A stretch of DNA of 63,358 nucleotides, filler included, from Octopus bimaculoides (taxonomy: Eukaryota), in the NCBI RefSeq assembly GCF_001194135.2. It is 7 parts of 5 records of this genome, joined end to end, with 100 filler letters (N's around TTAATTAATTAA, not from the genome) between each part and the next. Parts side by side here need not be neighbours in the genome. Positions count along the whole stretch, not along the records: positions 8,116 to 37,333 come from NC_069003.1; positions 37,434 to 41,060 come from NC_068984.1; positions 41,161 to 45,236 come from NC_068981.1; positions 45,337 to 58,048 come from NC_068987.1; 3 more parts are not named here. One strand, given 5' to 3'. Both the position numbers and the translations under genes were made by a program. The notes below the pieces were generated by a model. That model saw nothing but the letters and a program-made list of their open reading frames with translations. It made no database searches and was not told the origin of the DNA. Shown piece after piece: positions 37,276 to 50,919 of the stretch (position 1 is its first letter; each line of letters begins with the position of its first letter).

Positions 37276-37763
37276 TTTTAAACTTTTAAATTTTCATATT
37301 CAAAAGAGACAGAGACTTCAAATTCGATATATCNNNNNNNNNNNNNNNNNNNNNNNNNNNNNNNNNNNNNNNNNNNNTTAATTAATTAANNNNNNNNNNN
37401 NNNNNNNNNNNNNNNNNNNNNNNNNNNNNNNNNACTGAGTTCAGTTCCTGCTATGGACTACCTGTGTGACAGTTATAATTCATTACTTGATATAACACCA
37501 ACACTTGGTCCTTGAGTACTCTTAGCAGAATCCACTGCAATGCAAACATTTGAGCCATGTCTTTGGGTTAATGATAGCATCCTCCTTGCCCATCAGTCTT
37601 GAAGGTCCTCTGAAAGCATCATAAATGTTGCCCTTCTTATGGACCAAGAAATTACTTTTTTTAAAATTGAATTACTATACTGAATTTCAATAACTAATAA
37701 CAATAAATTAAATTACAATACAGCTTAAAATGTTGAAATGTGATGCATTGGTGTTAGATTTAA

Positions 37764-37972
37764 CCCTTTAGCATTCAGATTACTGTCAAATGTAATGCTT
37801 ATTTATTCACATTTATTTGAATTAATCATGCATTATCTTGTAACTTCAAGATTTTGATGATGTGGTCATATATTTTTTAGAATGATATTGTAGGGTAGTT
37901 TGATCTGGCTAGTTTGAACATAAAACCAGTAGAAGATTTAGGCTGCATACGGCTAGTTTAAATGCTAAAGGG
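37764..37972. mobile_element. piggyBac-type MITE
   Basis: TTAA-CCCTTTAGCATT...AATGCTAAAGGG-TTAA with intact TIRs and TSD. Confidence 0.85.
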
Positions 37973-40900
37973 TTAAGCTATTTTACAGACAACAAATCCT
38001 TGTCCATGAGCAAAAGACAATATTAATATTTTCCTCTATCAACTTACATAGCCATTGATTTTATAAACATTTCTTAGCTACTTTCCTCTTCCTAACAGTT
38101 GTACCTATCTTTAAATGAGCCAGTAAAGGAGTGCTGTACATGGTCATTCAACTTTCAAGAGCCAACTGCCAAATGTCTTTTGAATTGCACCCTACACTCT
38201 TCAAAAAAGAATACCACATTGTTATAGACACTATCTGAAAAGAAAATGGGTTAGACAAAGCCAAAATGTCTTTGATCATAAAGCTGCTCAATCTTAGGGA
38301 TGATCTGATGTTAAATAAAGCATAATTGAAAAATAAATTAAATTAAATTAAAAAAGAATAAAAATAGATTAGCAAGAAAATATGTCCCTATAACACACAT
38401 AGATTACCTAACTACTATCAGAATATTGCATGATGAAGAAAAAAGAAGTGGCATTCATAATTTATCTGATTTTATGGCAGAGGTAAACAGTTAGATTTTA
38501 TGGTCGGTTTTATCGTTGGTTGGTTGCTTGGTTGTGTATGTGTGCTGCTCATAAATGTCCTTGCTTCAGTTCCTCTGAATATTATTATTGATGATGATAA
38601 TACTAAGAACAAGGAATAATACTGATACCAATAATAATAAAAGGTTTCCCACTTTTCCATAGTTGAGTGGTTAGAGGTAGGAATGTTATCTAACATTAAA
38701 AAAGCAATTGCTCTAATAGTAACTGCCACATCTAATAACAGAGTGGATGTGAAACAGTAATTACACACACATGCATCCTGACAGAGATATAGATACAGTT
38801 ATGGATGTGTATGTGTGTGTATATGTGTATGTTTGTGCATGTGTGTGTGTGTATACATGCACACATATATAAATATATACACATAAAGCTATAAATAATA
38901 GCATATAAATGTTGTGTTGAAAATCCCTTTTAGATAGAAAATGTGGAAGGCAGCTTTCAACTTTTTCTGTCCAAAAGGATTTTCAACCCAATAGTTACAC
39001 GCTACATGTAGCATTATGTGTGTACTTTAAGATATACTATTCCAAAAAAGAATAATTTTATGTTCTTGCAAAACGTTTATAAAATTCTTATGACATCAAC
39101 ACACACACAATTTTATTCTTTTACTTGTATCAGTCATTGAACTGTAGCTATACAGGGGCACCATCTTGAAGTGTTTAGCCATTTAGTTTGACTCCAGTTC
39201 TTAATTTTCAAGTTTGATATTTTATTTCTTTTTTGTCAAATTGCTCAGTTACAGTAATGTAAATACTGCCTATGATCCTACTTTACCTCTTGTCTGTTCA
39301 TAGTTCATAATGGGCATACGTACACTATATAGAATTTGTACCTAATCCTTTCTTGCATATTGGTAATTGACTTATATATAAAAGTAGAACCATCTATGAT
39401 TTATTTCTTGAAGTATAGTTACATTGTGTATGTGTATGCACATCAAGATCAGATGTGTAGGTTCCATAAAAATATTTTTGCCTCCTCCTCTTAAAAAAAA
39501 AAAAGGTTATTTTATATCAACATGTCATTAACCTGACTGATTTCAATTATTTTTGTGTTTGTTTTACTTTTGGAAATTGGTCAAATTTGATATATGATTC
39601 TTTTGCATGCAAGAATCCTGAACTTTTACTTCATTGATGAGAATATGAATATTTCTGGCTTGTAGATAGAAATCAATATCAAAGTAAACTATATGACTGG
39701 GCTGCTTGTAATTGCAGCCATGTTGGTGATGGTGGTGTTGAAATTGGTTGTTGTTTTTGTGTAGCCATAGGAAGAACTATCATTCTCATCATCATCCTCA
39801 TCTTCAATCTCACATTCTGTATTGAATATTTCTTAAATGAGATGCTCTTTAGGATAAGGAAGAAGAAAACAAATTCTAATTGCTAAGGTAGTCTTGATTC
39901 CAACAAAATTTCATATTATGAAAAAGTAATATGCTTGTTCGATAATTTTACATCCAGCTTTAAAAAGTTTAAATTTAGGTTAACCTTACTCATACACATA
40001 TATGAACACACAAATAAAATAAATAATAAAAGAAAATTAATTATATATATATCAGGTTTTTAAAATGTCTGTTTGACAATTTCAACCTAATATGATTATT
40101 TGCAATACTCCTGTTTAGATCAAAATGAGAATTGTTCTTTAATCTTAAGTTGGTTATGTTGCTTTTTAATAGTGTAGCCCCATCTTAAGTTTTCCTCTTC
40201 CAATTCAGTCACTAAATATTTAAATACCATTTTACACTTACTGATAACATCTAACCTTTATCACTTTACTGAATTCTCTTATCAGTCAGCCTCTTAATTT
40301 TCTCATTCTGCATTTATTTCAAAAAGACTGATTTCACTATTTCAGCTATTTCTAGTAATTTGTATAGTCCAGTTTGTTTTCAAAATAGCTATAAATGAAA
40401 TAAATCTTCCTACTATTTCCATTGGTTGATAGCCTTTTAGTGTGGAATCAATCTGGTCTGTCAATCTTTTCTCTTTTACTATTATCACCAAGTTCAAAAA
40501 AGATTTAGTAGCCATCTAGTATTACAGGCATATCCTTCACTTGTCTCAGGACAACATTACTTTAGATTATATAGCTGATAGTGTTTATGATTAAGTGATA
40601 CTACTTTTGCAGCGGAAAAAAAAAGAAGAACAAGAAATAAAATTAAATAACATTTTCATTGCTTTTTTTTCTTCTTCATAAAAATTTCTGTTTTCTTTTT
40701 TTTTTGCGGTAAGCTTTAAAAAAATGTATGGATGCAGGAACAGATTTAAAATAAAGGGTTTCAAAGTAGATATATTACTGACCGTATAGGGGTACCAAGA
40801 GCAATTATTTATGTTAGAGTGTGTCAAGGGTATAAATGTTGAAGCAGTCCTTAAATATGGTATTAATAGTTTTATTTGTTTTTTTTTTTTCTTCTTAATG

Positions 40901-42726
40901 ACCATCAGAGCTGATATTATTGGATTACATCCATCAAACTGGATATAAAGCTAGGCTTTCTGCCTTGAACTATCAATCTGAGTTCAGTTCCTGCTATGGA
41001 CTACCTGTGTGACAGTTATAATTCATTACTTGATATAACACCAACACTTGGTCCTTGAGTNNNNNNNNNNNNNNNNNNNNNNNNNNNNNNNNNNNNNNNN
41101 NNNNTTAATTAATTAANNNNNNNNNNNNNNNNNNNNNNNNNNNNNNNNNNNNNNNNNNNNAAATGACTGAAACAAGTAAAAAGAATAAAAGAATATACAT
41201 GCCTACATCATATGTAAAGATCGCATGTAGACAAACACATACATACATACCCATATCCAAAATTATGCATTGAATCATAAACTCAAACGTATACCCATAG
41301 ATCGTGCGTAAAAGCATAAATGCACGTATATGCACCCGTGCATACATCATACGACAGTAATAAACACACACATACTCGCATGCACACATCATGCGTAAAA
41401 TCATATATACCCGCATTCAAAAATTAGCAGGAAATGCCAAAACTCTCTTGGGGCAAACATTATATACTCTTGCTAATTGAGATGAAGAAATTAAAGAACT
41501 GGAATTATTTGGAATTTTTGCGACAATGTCTTTGCATTAAACAATCAACACTTTTTTATTGTTGTTGTCATTATTGTTGTTGTCATTATTGTTGTTGTTT
41601 TATTCATAGGGGTGTATTATTTGAAATAATATATTTGAAGAAAATAGAAGAAATAGGGTGGAGGTGGGTGATGAGTCTAGGTTGAAATGATGGGACCGAA
41701 CAAGGATAGTCTGTGTTAACATTGTTGAAATAGTTGGAAAATATGGAGAGGAAAAAGGAAAAAAGAGATGGGTAGATGAAATATTACAAGGAAAAGAATG
41801 AGAATATGAAAATGAAAGAACAGTAATAATAATCCCTTTCTACTGGAGACAAAACAAGGCCTCATATTTGTGGGGAGGGGACTAGTCGATTACTGGTACT
41901 TAATTTGTCGACCTCGAAAGGAATTTGAATTCAGAACAGAGCGTGGGGAGAAATAAAGCTAAGCATTTCGTCCAGCGCACTATCGATGCCTTTCTACTCT
42001 AGGCACGAGATCCGAAATTTTGTGGGGAGGGGACCAGTCGATCATGCGGTTAATGTCAGAAGTCATGCGGGGTAAATACATACAGTCACACATTAAAATA
42101 TTCTGACTAGAGAACTCCAAAATTATCTTATAAGCATATCTTATCTCATAAGCATATATATATATATATATATATATANNNNNNNNNNNNNNNNNNNNNN
42201 NNNNNNNNNNNNNNNNNNNNNNNNNNNNNNNNNNNNNNNNNNNNNNNNNNNNNNNNNNNNNNNNNNNNNNNNNNNNNNNNNNNNNNNNNNNNNNNNNNNN
42301 NNNNNNNNNNNNNNNNNNNNNNNNNNNGTAAAAGAGAACACTAGAAAAAGTAGCAGGCTTTAAAACAAAAAGCATCGGGGTCGATTTGTTCGACTAAAAC
42401 CCTTCAATGCGGTCATGACCGCAATCCAATGACTGGAAAAGTAAAAGATAAAAGTTACACATATACACACACATGGACACACACACACACACACATACAC
42501 ATACACAGGTAAATACGACGGGCTTCTTTCACTTTCCGTCTACCAAATCCACTCGCAACGCTTCAGTCGGCCCGAAATTATAGCAGAAGACATTTACCCA
42601 GGGTTCCATACAGTGAGACCGAACCCAGAATCATATGGATGGGAAGCAAACTTCTTACCACATAGCCTGTAATGACGTCTTATGTATGTGTGTGTTTGTG
42701 TGTGTGTGTGTGTTTGTGTGCGCGCG

Positions 42727-42758
<32 letters not shown>

Positions 42759-42942
42759 GACACGCAGATTCTCTTCAGTTCATGTAGTAATTGTTACAAC
42801 AATCCATTGTTGTTAATAACGTTGCTTAGTTCTTTCACCACTTCTTTGCATCACATCTCAGAAATCGCCCTAAAGAATTTCCCCACCCAAAATAGTCCCC
42901 CATTCCTCCTCCCACTCCTTCACTCCATATTCTCTCTCTCTT

Positions 42943-42996
<54 letters not shown>

Positions 42997-43665
42997 TCTC
43001 TGTCTCTCTCGGCCGAATCTTTCATCTTTCTCGCCTGCCTACATTATCACCATTCACCTCGACATCCTGGAGCCTTACATTCAAATATTTCTCTGTCCGA
43101 CTATTTCCCAGTTAGGCTGTCATTACGAGTTTGTCAGTCAGTCAATCACGAGATTCCTTCTCTTTCTTAAAATTGCTCAACGCCTGCTCTCTTCATTCTG
43201 CAGATCGACATTTTCGAAATTTTACATATCCCGGCATTTTCTCTTATTCCTTTCCTCTCTGTCATTCAATCTATTTCTCTGTCTCTCGTCTGCCTCTTCC
43301 TCTACCAGTTCGTCTGCTTCATTCAGTGTCTCTCTCTCTCTCTCTCTCTTTATAATCTTCTCTTTCTCTCTTCCTCCTCTCTCTGTGCCTCTTTCGCTCT
43401 CGTCTATACGTGCGCATAGGTATTTGTACACGCATACTAGTAAGCACCACTACACACACTAGTATACGTAATGCATATTACGTAATATAAGCAAATATCT
43501 TTAAATATGTTTATATCCAACTTGGCACACTACCTCAAACACTCACCATTTGTAAAGTTTTTGTCAGCCATTCCATTTGCTTGTTCGACATACAGATTTT
43601 GTTGGCAATTTTCTCACCGATACACACACACACAAGCACGCGCTTATATATATATGTTTATCTTT

Positions 43666-43696
<31 letters not shown>

Positions 43697-43974
43697 NNNN
43701 NNNNNNNNNNNNNNNNNNNNNNNNNNNNNNNNNNNNNNNNNNNNNNNNNNNNNNNNNNNNNNNNNNNNNNNNNNNNNNNNNNNNNNNNNNNNNNNNNNNN
43801 NNNNNNNNNNNNNNNNNNNNNNNNNNNNNNNNNNNNNNNNNNNNNNNNNNNNNNNNNNNNNNNNNNNNNNNNNNNNNNNNNNNNNNNNNNNNNNNNNNNN
43901 NNNNNNNNNNNNNNNNNNNNNNNNNNNNNNNNNTATATATATATATATATGTATGTATGTATATACACATACAA

Positions 43975-44290
43975 TGTGAAAGAAGAAAAAATAAACAACT
44001 GTGACGATTCAAAGTGGGAAATACGAAAGTTGTGGTCAATGAGGAGAGTAGACGTGATACCAATAGTAATTGGTGCTCTTGAAAGTATCAGCACTCAACA
44101 AACCAACATAGCTGGAAAAGATCGGTGCAAGTGTGAAGGTAGAACACATACAAAAACCAGCATTGCTTGGAACTGCAAGAATTCTTCGCAGAGTTCTTGA
44201 AGCACGATCAGTTAACAAGTGTCACTTTAGTCTGCTGGCTGTGGACAGCTGACACTTTCCATCATACCCAGCAAAATGATTTGTGAGTTT
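43975..44290 (+). mobile_element. R4/Dong-like LINE 3' end fragment
   Basis: KEEKINNCDDSKWEIRKLWSMRRVDVIPIVIGALESIS then KTALLGTARILRRVL*-like terminus. Confidence 0.8.
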
Positions 44291-44299
44291 TCGACACAA

Positions 44300-44645
44300 C
44301 TGGGTAGCGCAAGGTAAAAAGATACGATAAATACAATCCTCTTAAGTACAAAATATCCTGGCTATGGAAAATGAAGAAGACGAAGATAGTGCCAATTATT
44401 GTTGGGTCCTTGGGGACAGTATCAGAAGGCATCAAGAGGAATATAAAGGAAATTGGAATAGAGTGCCCAGGAGAACTGTTATGAAAGGTTTTCCTCCTTG
44501 GCACGACCAGAATAATCAGGAACGTATTAGATAGTTGAAAAGAGCGGATAGCATGGTACCGTAGGTTAGAGGTAGTAAGCCCGCTATGCATGCAAACTTC
44601 TGGGGCTCCAACAAAACCTGTGATAAAGAAAAAAAATAATAAAGG
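44300..44645 (+). mobile_element. Second, distinct R4/Dong-like LINE 3' end in tandem
   Basis: DKYNPLKYKISWLWKMKKTKIVPIIVGSLGTVSEGIKRNIKEIGIEC...LLGTTRIIRNVLDS*; A/AAT-rich tail. Confidence 0.8.
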
Positions 44646-44853
44646 TGGCTTATTGGCAATTATATATGCGTGTACGTATGTATGCGTGTATGTATATAGG
44701 CGCAAGAACGGCCGGTAGTAAGAAAATTGTATTCGATGAACGGGAACGTGAAACTCTGAGTACCAGTTCAGTGATAATTTTGCAGCATTAATAAAAATAT
44801 ATTGCCCTATCTTTGGTATTCGAATACTATTTTCCACGCCTTGTTTTGCACAA

Positions 44854-45236
44854 TTGCAACGTGGAAGATGTTTATAAGCAATTTAAAACCACACAAACAC
44901 CGTTAGATTCACTTCAACATTTAAATTTAATTTGTCAAAATATTTTCGTCGCTTTGAGACCGCGACCTTTTCACTGACAAAATTCCATGCAGCACGGAAT
45001 GTGTTATTTTAAATGGCATATAAACACCTTCCACGTTGCAACTGTTTTTGCTCCAGCACACGATCTCAGATTAGGTCACTTGCTACGCAAGTACATCTCC
45101 GTTATATATATATATTTCTGCCCTTGATTTCAGTTTTGGACAGCGTGTTTACATTGTTGTGCGAAGGTCATGAAATAGGTGTCGTGGGCGAATGTAGACT
45201 TAAATGCTCACAATATTTTGTGTATAAAATCTTTTT
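44854..45236 (-). mobile_element. Penelope-like 3' end/pseudo-LTR with inverted repeat and hammerhead-like motif
   Basis: Minus strand begins KDFIHK(Y)C.HL (PLE ORF terminus-like); 35-bp inverted arms 44854-44888 and 45007-45041; hammerhead-like fold between them. Confidence 0.65.
44931..44981 (-). ncRNA. Minimal type I hammerhead ribozyme-like motif (degenerate core)
   Basis: TTTGTCA-GTGAAAA-G-GTCGC(GGTCTCAAA)GCGAC-GAAA-ATAT-TT-TGACAAA: 7-bp stem I, 5-bp stem II, GAAA and palindromic ATAT instead of stem III; core reads GUGAAAA instead of CUGANGA. Confidence 0.55.
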
Positions 45237-45336
45237 NNNNNNNNNNNNNNNNNNNNNNNNNNNNNNNNNNNNNNNNNNNNTTAATTAATTAANNNNNNNN
45301 NNNNNNNNNNNNNNNNNNNNNNNNNNNNNNNNNNNN

Positions 45337-45384
<48 letters not shown>

Positions 45385-46147
45385 TACAGAATGGGACAAG
45401 AACGCAAAACATCCAGTCAGTTAGGTGATACAAGAATGTATGTATGTATATATATATCCATACATACATAGATACATACATACACTGGAAAACCACTCAC
45501 GTACAACACAAAGCAAAGACATGATTTTCAACTAGGGTCAGAATGTAACTACCCTTTCAACAACGTTCCGAATACTTCTACAATACTTCCGAACATTGCT
45601 TCCCCTTTCGCTTTCTCGAATTAAAGTGTTACAGAATATAAGCAAAATAGAGGCAAGAATTACAGAACTATCCCCTACCCAGCCGGAAATATATAGGCAC
45701 GTATAATTAAATAGCGATTATTAAAGATTTGTTAATGAGCTACTATTCATCTTTAGGACAGAGGCGCTAACGAACCTAACAGATAAGAAAATAAACTATT
45801 TAAAATACGCAGAAATTTATTTTGGGTTTCTCCTTTTAATCAACATGGCAATTACTAAACTGTTCTGTTATCTGCATATTGGTCAGAGAGAATATTCTTT
45901 GAGAACTATGTCTAAGTGTGTATGTATGTATGTATGTATGTATGTATGTATGCATGTATGTAAGTATATATATAACTAGGACATGGAAGAGTAAGTGAGT
46001 GAGATAGATAGATAGAGAGAGATAGAGAAAGAGATAGACGGAGAAAGAAAAGGGAAAAGAAAACAAGAAAACTATGAATTAAAAAAGATAAAGAACTTTA
46101 ATTCCTTAATTCTTCAATTTCCTTACTTCAAAGGAATCTCATATATG

Positions 46148-46216
<69 letters not shown>

Positions 46217-46581
46217 GAATATATTAATGTATATATACATGTATAATATGTATGTATATATGTATAATAGCAGTGTTTCTCTCTGTGTGTGTATGTGTGT
46301 GTAAGAGTAAGGAATGGTTTGTAAAGGCTGCGGATGGGTGGGATTGTGTAAACGAATTTAAGAAACTCGTTTGGTTTGATAGTCGAAAATGACTGAATAA
46401 ATTGAAATTTAAATTAAAACGTATGACAAAGCTAAGTCTATGATATAGATGACCAAATAACGGCTTTGAAAAACTGCTGCTTAACGTAGACGACAATTTC
46501 CTGTATTTCACTGAGATAAGCTTTGTAGATGAAAGTTGTGGCGTGCACGCATGTGCGTACGGGTGCATGTGTTTGTGAGTG

Positions 46582-46638
<57 letters not shown>

Positions 46639-48786
46639 NNNNNNNNNNNNNNNNNNNNNNNNNNNNNNNNNNNNNNNNNNNNNNNNNNNNNNNNNNNNNN
46701 NNNNNNNNNNNNNNNNNNNNNNNNNNNNNNNNNNNNNNNNNNNNNNNNNNNNNNNNNNNNNNNNNNNNNNNNNNNNNNNNNNNNNNNNNNNNNNNNNNNN
46801 NNNNNNNNNNNNNNNNNNNNNNNNNNNNNNNNNNNNNNNNNNNNNNNNNNNNNNNNNNNNNNNNNNNNNNNNNNNNNNNNNNNNNNNNNNNNNNNNNNNN
46901 NNNNNNNNNNNNNNNNNNNNNNNNNNNNNNNNNNNNNNNNNNNNNNNNNNNNNNNNNNNNNNNNNNNNNNNNNNNNNNNNNNNNNNNNNNNNNNNNNNNN
47001 NNNNNNNNNNNNNNNNNNNNNNNNNNNNNNNNNNNNNNNNNNNNNNNNNNNNNNNNNNNNNNNNNNNNNNNNNNNNNNNNNNNNNNNNNNNNNNNNNNNN
47101 NNNNNNNNNNNNNNNNNNNNNNNNNNNNNNNNNNNNNNNNNNNNNNNNNNNNNNNNNNNNNNNNNNNNNNNNNNNNNNNNNNNNNNNNNNNNNNNNNNNN
47201 NNNNNNNNNNNNNNNNNNNNNNNNNNNNNNNNNNNNNNNNNNNNNNNNNNNNNNNNNNNNNNNNNNNNNNNNNNNTTAATTTAGAGAATTACGGCATATT
47301 TTCGAATTAATAGAAAATGTATAAAAATATCACGTTTTACGTGAAATTTAGAAAGGAAAATGAAATAAGCTTTAACAAGAGAATGTAAAAAAAATACTTC
47401 AATTTAGAAGCACTTATATTATAAACGGGAAGACAAAGTATTTTGGTAACTTACTTAGAACTATTAAATTCCAAACAACATTATAAAAGAATATTAGTTT
47501 TAAGATGTACTGATTATAAGCGTCAGCAAATTTTCTATTTTAAAAGCATGTGTATTAAGAAAAATATGCAGCTAAGTAGGTTAGAAGCATTTAATTAAAA
47601 CCAGTATTAAAAATCTTACTTCTTATAAGCTTAATGATTTATAAGAATCAGCAGGAATTATGTATTGGACTATCCGTACCATCCTCCTCCCCTAGCCGAT
47701 GATTATTTGCTACTCCTATGGTGTGGATGTCCTCTCTCTCTCTCTCTCTCTCTCCCTCCTCCCTCTCTCTCCATTTCTCTCCCCCCTCTCTCTCTCGCAC
47801 ACTTACTACCTTCGCAGTTTCTGATTCAAAAGAACGCAGTAAAGCTGGTTTCTGGAGTCTGTTTCCGCGATGGAACAATTTTACCAACCAGTGCCAAAGG
47901 CGGGATACACATGCAGTGAGATCTCATGTATATACGACAGGTATAACAAAGCAAGGGAGAGAATAGCTAACATCAAGTTGTCCCAAAGGGTTCACACAGA
48001 TTACTGGTATCCGACACTCTTTGTCAGACACCAAACCACCTCCAAGGAATGTTAACTCTCTAGTCATGGCACAGGTTTCTAACGCTGCCGAATTTTGATG
48101 ATAGAATTATTGCTGCCATCCGCAAGGGACTGGATATATAATAGATCCTTGACCAAAGGCGTTCTAAAAATGGCGACTTTATTTAAGGCTTGTACAGAAC
48201 TGTAGGCGCAATTTGGCCGAATGAGTAAGAAGTTCACTTCGCAGCCATGAGATCTTGGGTTCGATTCCAGAGTGTGACATCTTGAAGAAATTACATTTTC
48301 TATGGCCTCGGGTCGGTCCCCTATCTTGTGAACCTGAGTAGACGGAAATTGTACAGAAGCTCATTGAATGGATTGTACCAACAAAAGGTACAGCTTTGTC
48401 GCATATTGTCACGTAGATTCTGACATGCATATAATTGCATGAAGGGAACACGCGTCTATGGAATGCCCAGCAAATTCAGAAGCGAAGTATTCGGTTGATC
48501 GAACAGCTGGATCCTTATCATCGATGTTTGTGGTGGAACAAAAGGGATCCACCACCATCATCTAGAACTACATTATTTTAGATATGTCATTTCTATGGTT
48601 TTCGTATGGAGGTTAGCCTGTAATATGAAGAGTGAATTATCTACTGTCTCTATAGCAGATTGAGCTATAACATAGATGACTTTATTCTCTCTTTGGCCCA
48701 AATATGCCAAGGTTGTATGAACATGATTCCAGACATTCGGCTTTGTTCTAACTAATAAAAAAAAAAAAATCATCGCGTGTGTGTTT

Positions 48787-49737
48787 TTCCGGGTTCAGTC
48801 CCACTGCGTGGTACCTTGGGCAAGTGTATTCTACTTTAGCCTCGGGCCGACCAAAGCGGTAGACGGAAACTGAAAGAAGCCTATCGTGTATGTATATATA
48901 TATATATATATATGTATATGATGAAGTAGAATGTTCTCTATGTGGCTCGTGTGTTCTCGTCTACGTTTGTTTGCAATGTCCTGTACCCAGATATGCACCT
49001 ATACATACAGGTGGATGTCGGTATGCACATACCTGTACGTNNNNNNNNNNNNNNNNNNNNNNNNNNNNNNNNNNNNNNNNNNNNNNNNNNNNNNNNNNNN
49101 NNNNNNNNNNNNNNNNNNNNNNNNNNNNNNNNNNNNNNNNNNNNNNNNNNNNNNNNNNNNNNNNNNNNNNNNNNNNNNNNNNNNNNNNNNNNNNNNNNNN
49201 NNNNNNNNNNNNNNNNNNNNNNNNNNNNNNNNNNNNNNNNNNNNNNNNNNNNNNNNNNNNNNNNNNNNNNNNNNNNNNNNNNNNNNNNNNNNNNNNNNNN
49301 NNNNNNNNNNNNNNNNNNNNNNNNNNNNNNNNNNNNNNNNNNNNNNNNNNNNNNNNNNNNNNNNNNNNNNNNNNNNNNNNNNNNNNNNNNNNNNNNNNNN
49401 NNNNNNNNNNNNNNNNNNNNNNNNNNNNNNNNNNNNNNNNNNNNNNNNNNNNNNNNNNNNNNNNNNNNNNNNNNNNNNNNNNNNNNNNNNNNNNNNNNNN
49501 NNNNNNNNNNNNNNNNNNNNNNNNNNNNNNNNNNNNNNNNATATATATATATATATATACATTTGCGTGTCTGTGTTTGTCTACCCACTATCGCTTGATA
49601 ACTGGTGTTGGTTTGTTTATGTCCCCGTATCTTAGCAGTTCAGCAAAACAGACCAATAGAATAAGTATTAGGCTTACAAAGAATAAATCATGGGGTCGAT
49701 TTGTTCGACTAAAGGCGGTGCTCCAGCATGGCCAACA
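48787..49737 (+). mobile_element. SINE family A spanning an assembly gap
   Basis: Head half at 48787-48890, tail half at 49562-49737, either side of the N-run. Confidence 0.65.
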
Positions 49738-50129
49738 AATAAAAGAATAAAAAAAAACATCAAGTAAATACGAAACTCTGGCCTTTCTGTCTGACTAACC
49801 GCCACCCACATCATAACCCCTAAACAATGTCGGAATACAGTTTTCAGTGAAGCCGTCGTTGTTTCTTTCTTTCTGGTTTTGTTTTTATTAACTTCCGGTT
49901 GACGGATATATATTTTTTTGTAGTTACAACTCAGACATAAACGATAGCGTAGCATCAAGTAGAAATATAGTTCTGAATGAGTTAGGTGCACAATCTACGG
50001 GCACTCCAGCCGTGACCTCCTTTAGATGCTATACCCAGGAGGCCAGGTTATCTAATGCTTAGATACGTAAGTTTCGGAACGTATAATGCATGTTATGTTA
50101 TGTTATGTTATTGTATGTATGTATGTAAA

Positions 50130-50330
50130 GGCGCGTAGCTTAGTGGTTAGGGTATTCGGCTTACAATCGCATGGTCGTGAGTTCAATTCCCGGCACTGCA
50201 TCGTGTCCTTGAGCAAGACACTTAATTGCATATTGCTCCAGTCCACTCTGCTGGCAGAAATGAGCTGTACCTGCAGTTCAAAGGGCCAGCCTTGTCATAC
50301 TTCGTGTTATGCCGAATCTCCTTTCCATCT
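50130..50330 (+). mobile_element. tRNA-derived SINE, third family
   Basis: GGCGCGTAGCTTAGTGGTTAGG (A box)...GAGTTCAATTCCC (B box), followed by non-tRNA body GTCCTTGAGCAAGACACTT; relatives at about 7545-7790, 52997-53069 and 58149-58225 (minus). Confidence 0.75.
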
Positions 50331-50656
50331 GCAAATTATTATTGTTACGTATGTATGTATGTATGCATGCGTGCATGATGCATGTATGTATGTATGTATG
50401 TATGTATGTATGAATGCAAACACACTCTCGTATACTTCCACGAATAAATCGCTTAATGGCAATCGTATATAATTTGGTAACATATACTGCACTTTTATTA
50501 ATTGTTTTAGGTGCTCATGCAGTTGCATCTAGACGGTGAGTGCTTTTCGGCCTACCTCACAATAAGCTTTAACATAAAGCTACCAATAATTGCATGTAAA
50601 TATTGGGTCCAAAGACCCAATATTGGGCATTCATATATGTGTATGTGTCCGTGTGT

Positions 50657-50676
50657 GCGTGTAAATGTATGTATAC

Positions 50677-50748
<72 letters not shown>

Positions 50749-50786
50749 GTCTATCTATCTGCTTATCTATCTATCTAGCTATCTGC

Positions 50787-50867
<81 letters not shown>

Positions 50868-50879
50868 CATCTATCTATC

Positions 50880-50910
<31 letters not shown>

Positions 50911-50919
50911 CTATCTATC
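50657..50919. repeat. (TATC)n (GATA) microsatellite running into a gap
   Basis: About 260 nt of near-pure TATC. Confidence 0.95.

Noticed and set aside
45495-45500. Isolated minus-strand GTGAGT/GTAAGT donors (also about 34479 and 47801)
   Set aside because: Upstream sequence has no identifiable coding similarity; single motifs are insufficient evidence.
50130-50200. tRNA-like sequences with A and B boxes (also SINE-A heads)
   Set aside because: No complete cloverleaf or acceptor stem; each continues into a multi-copy SINE body.
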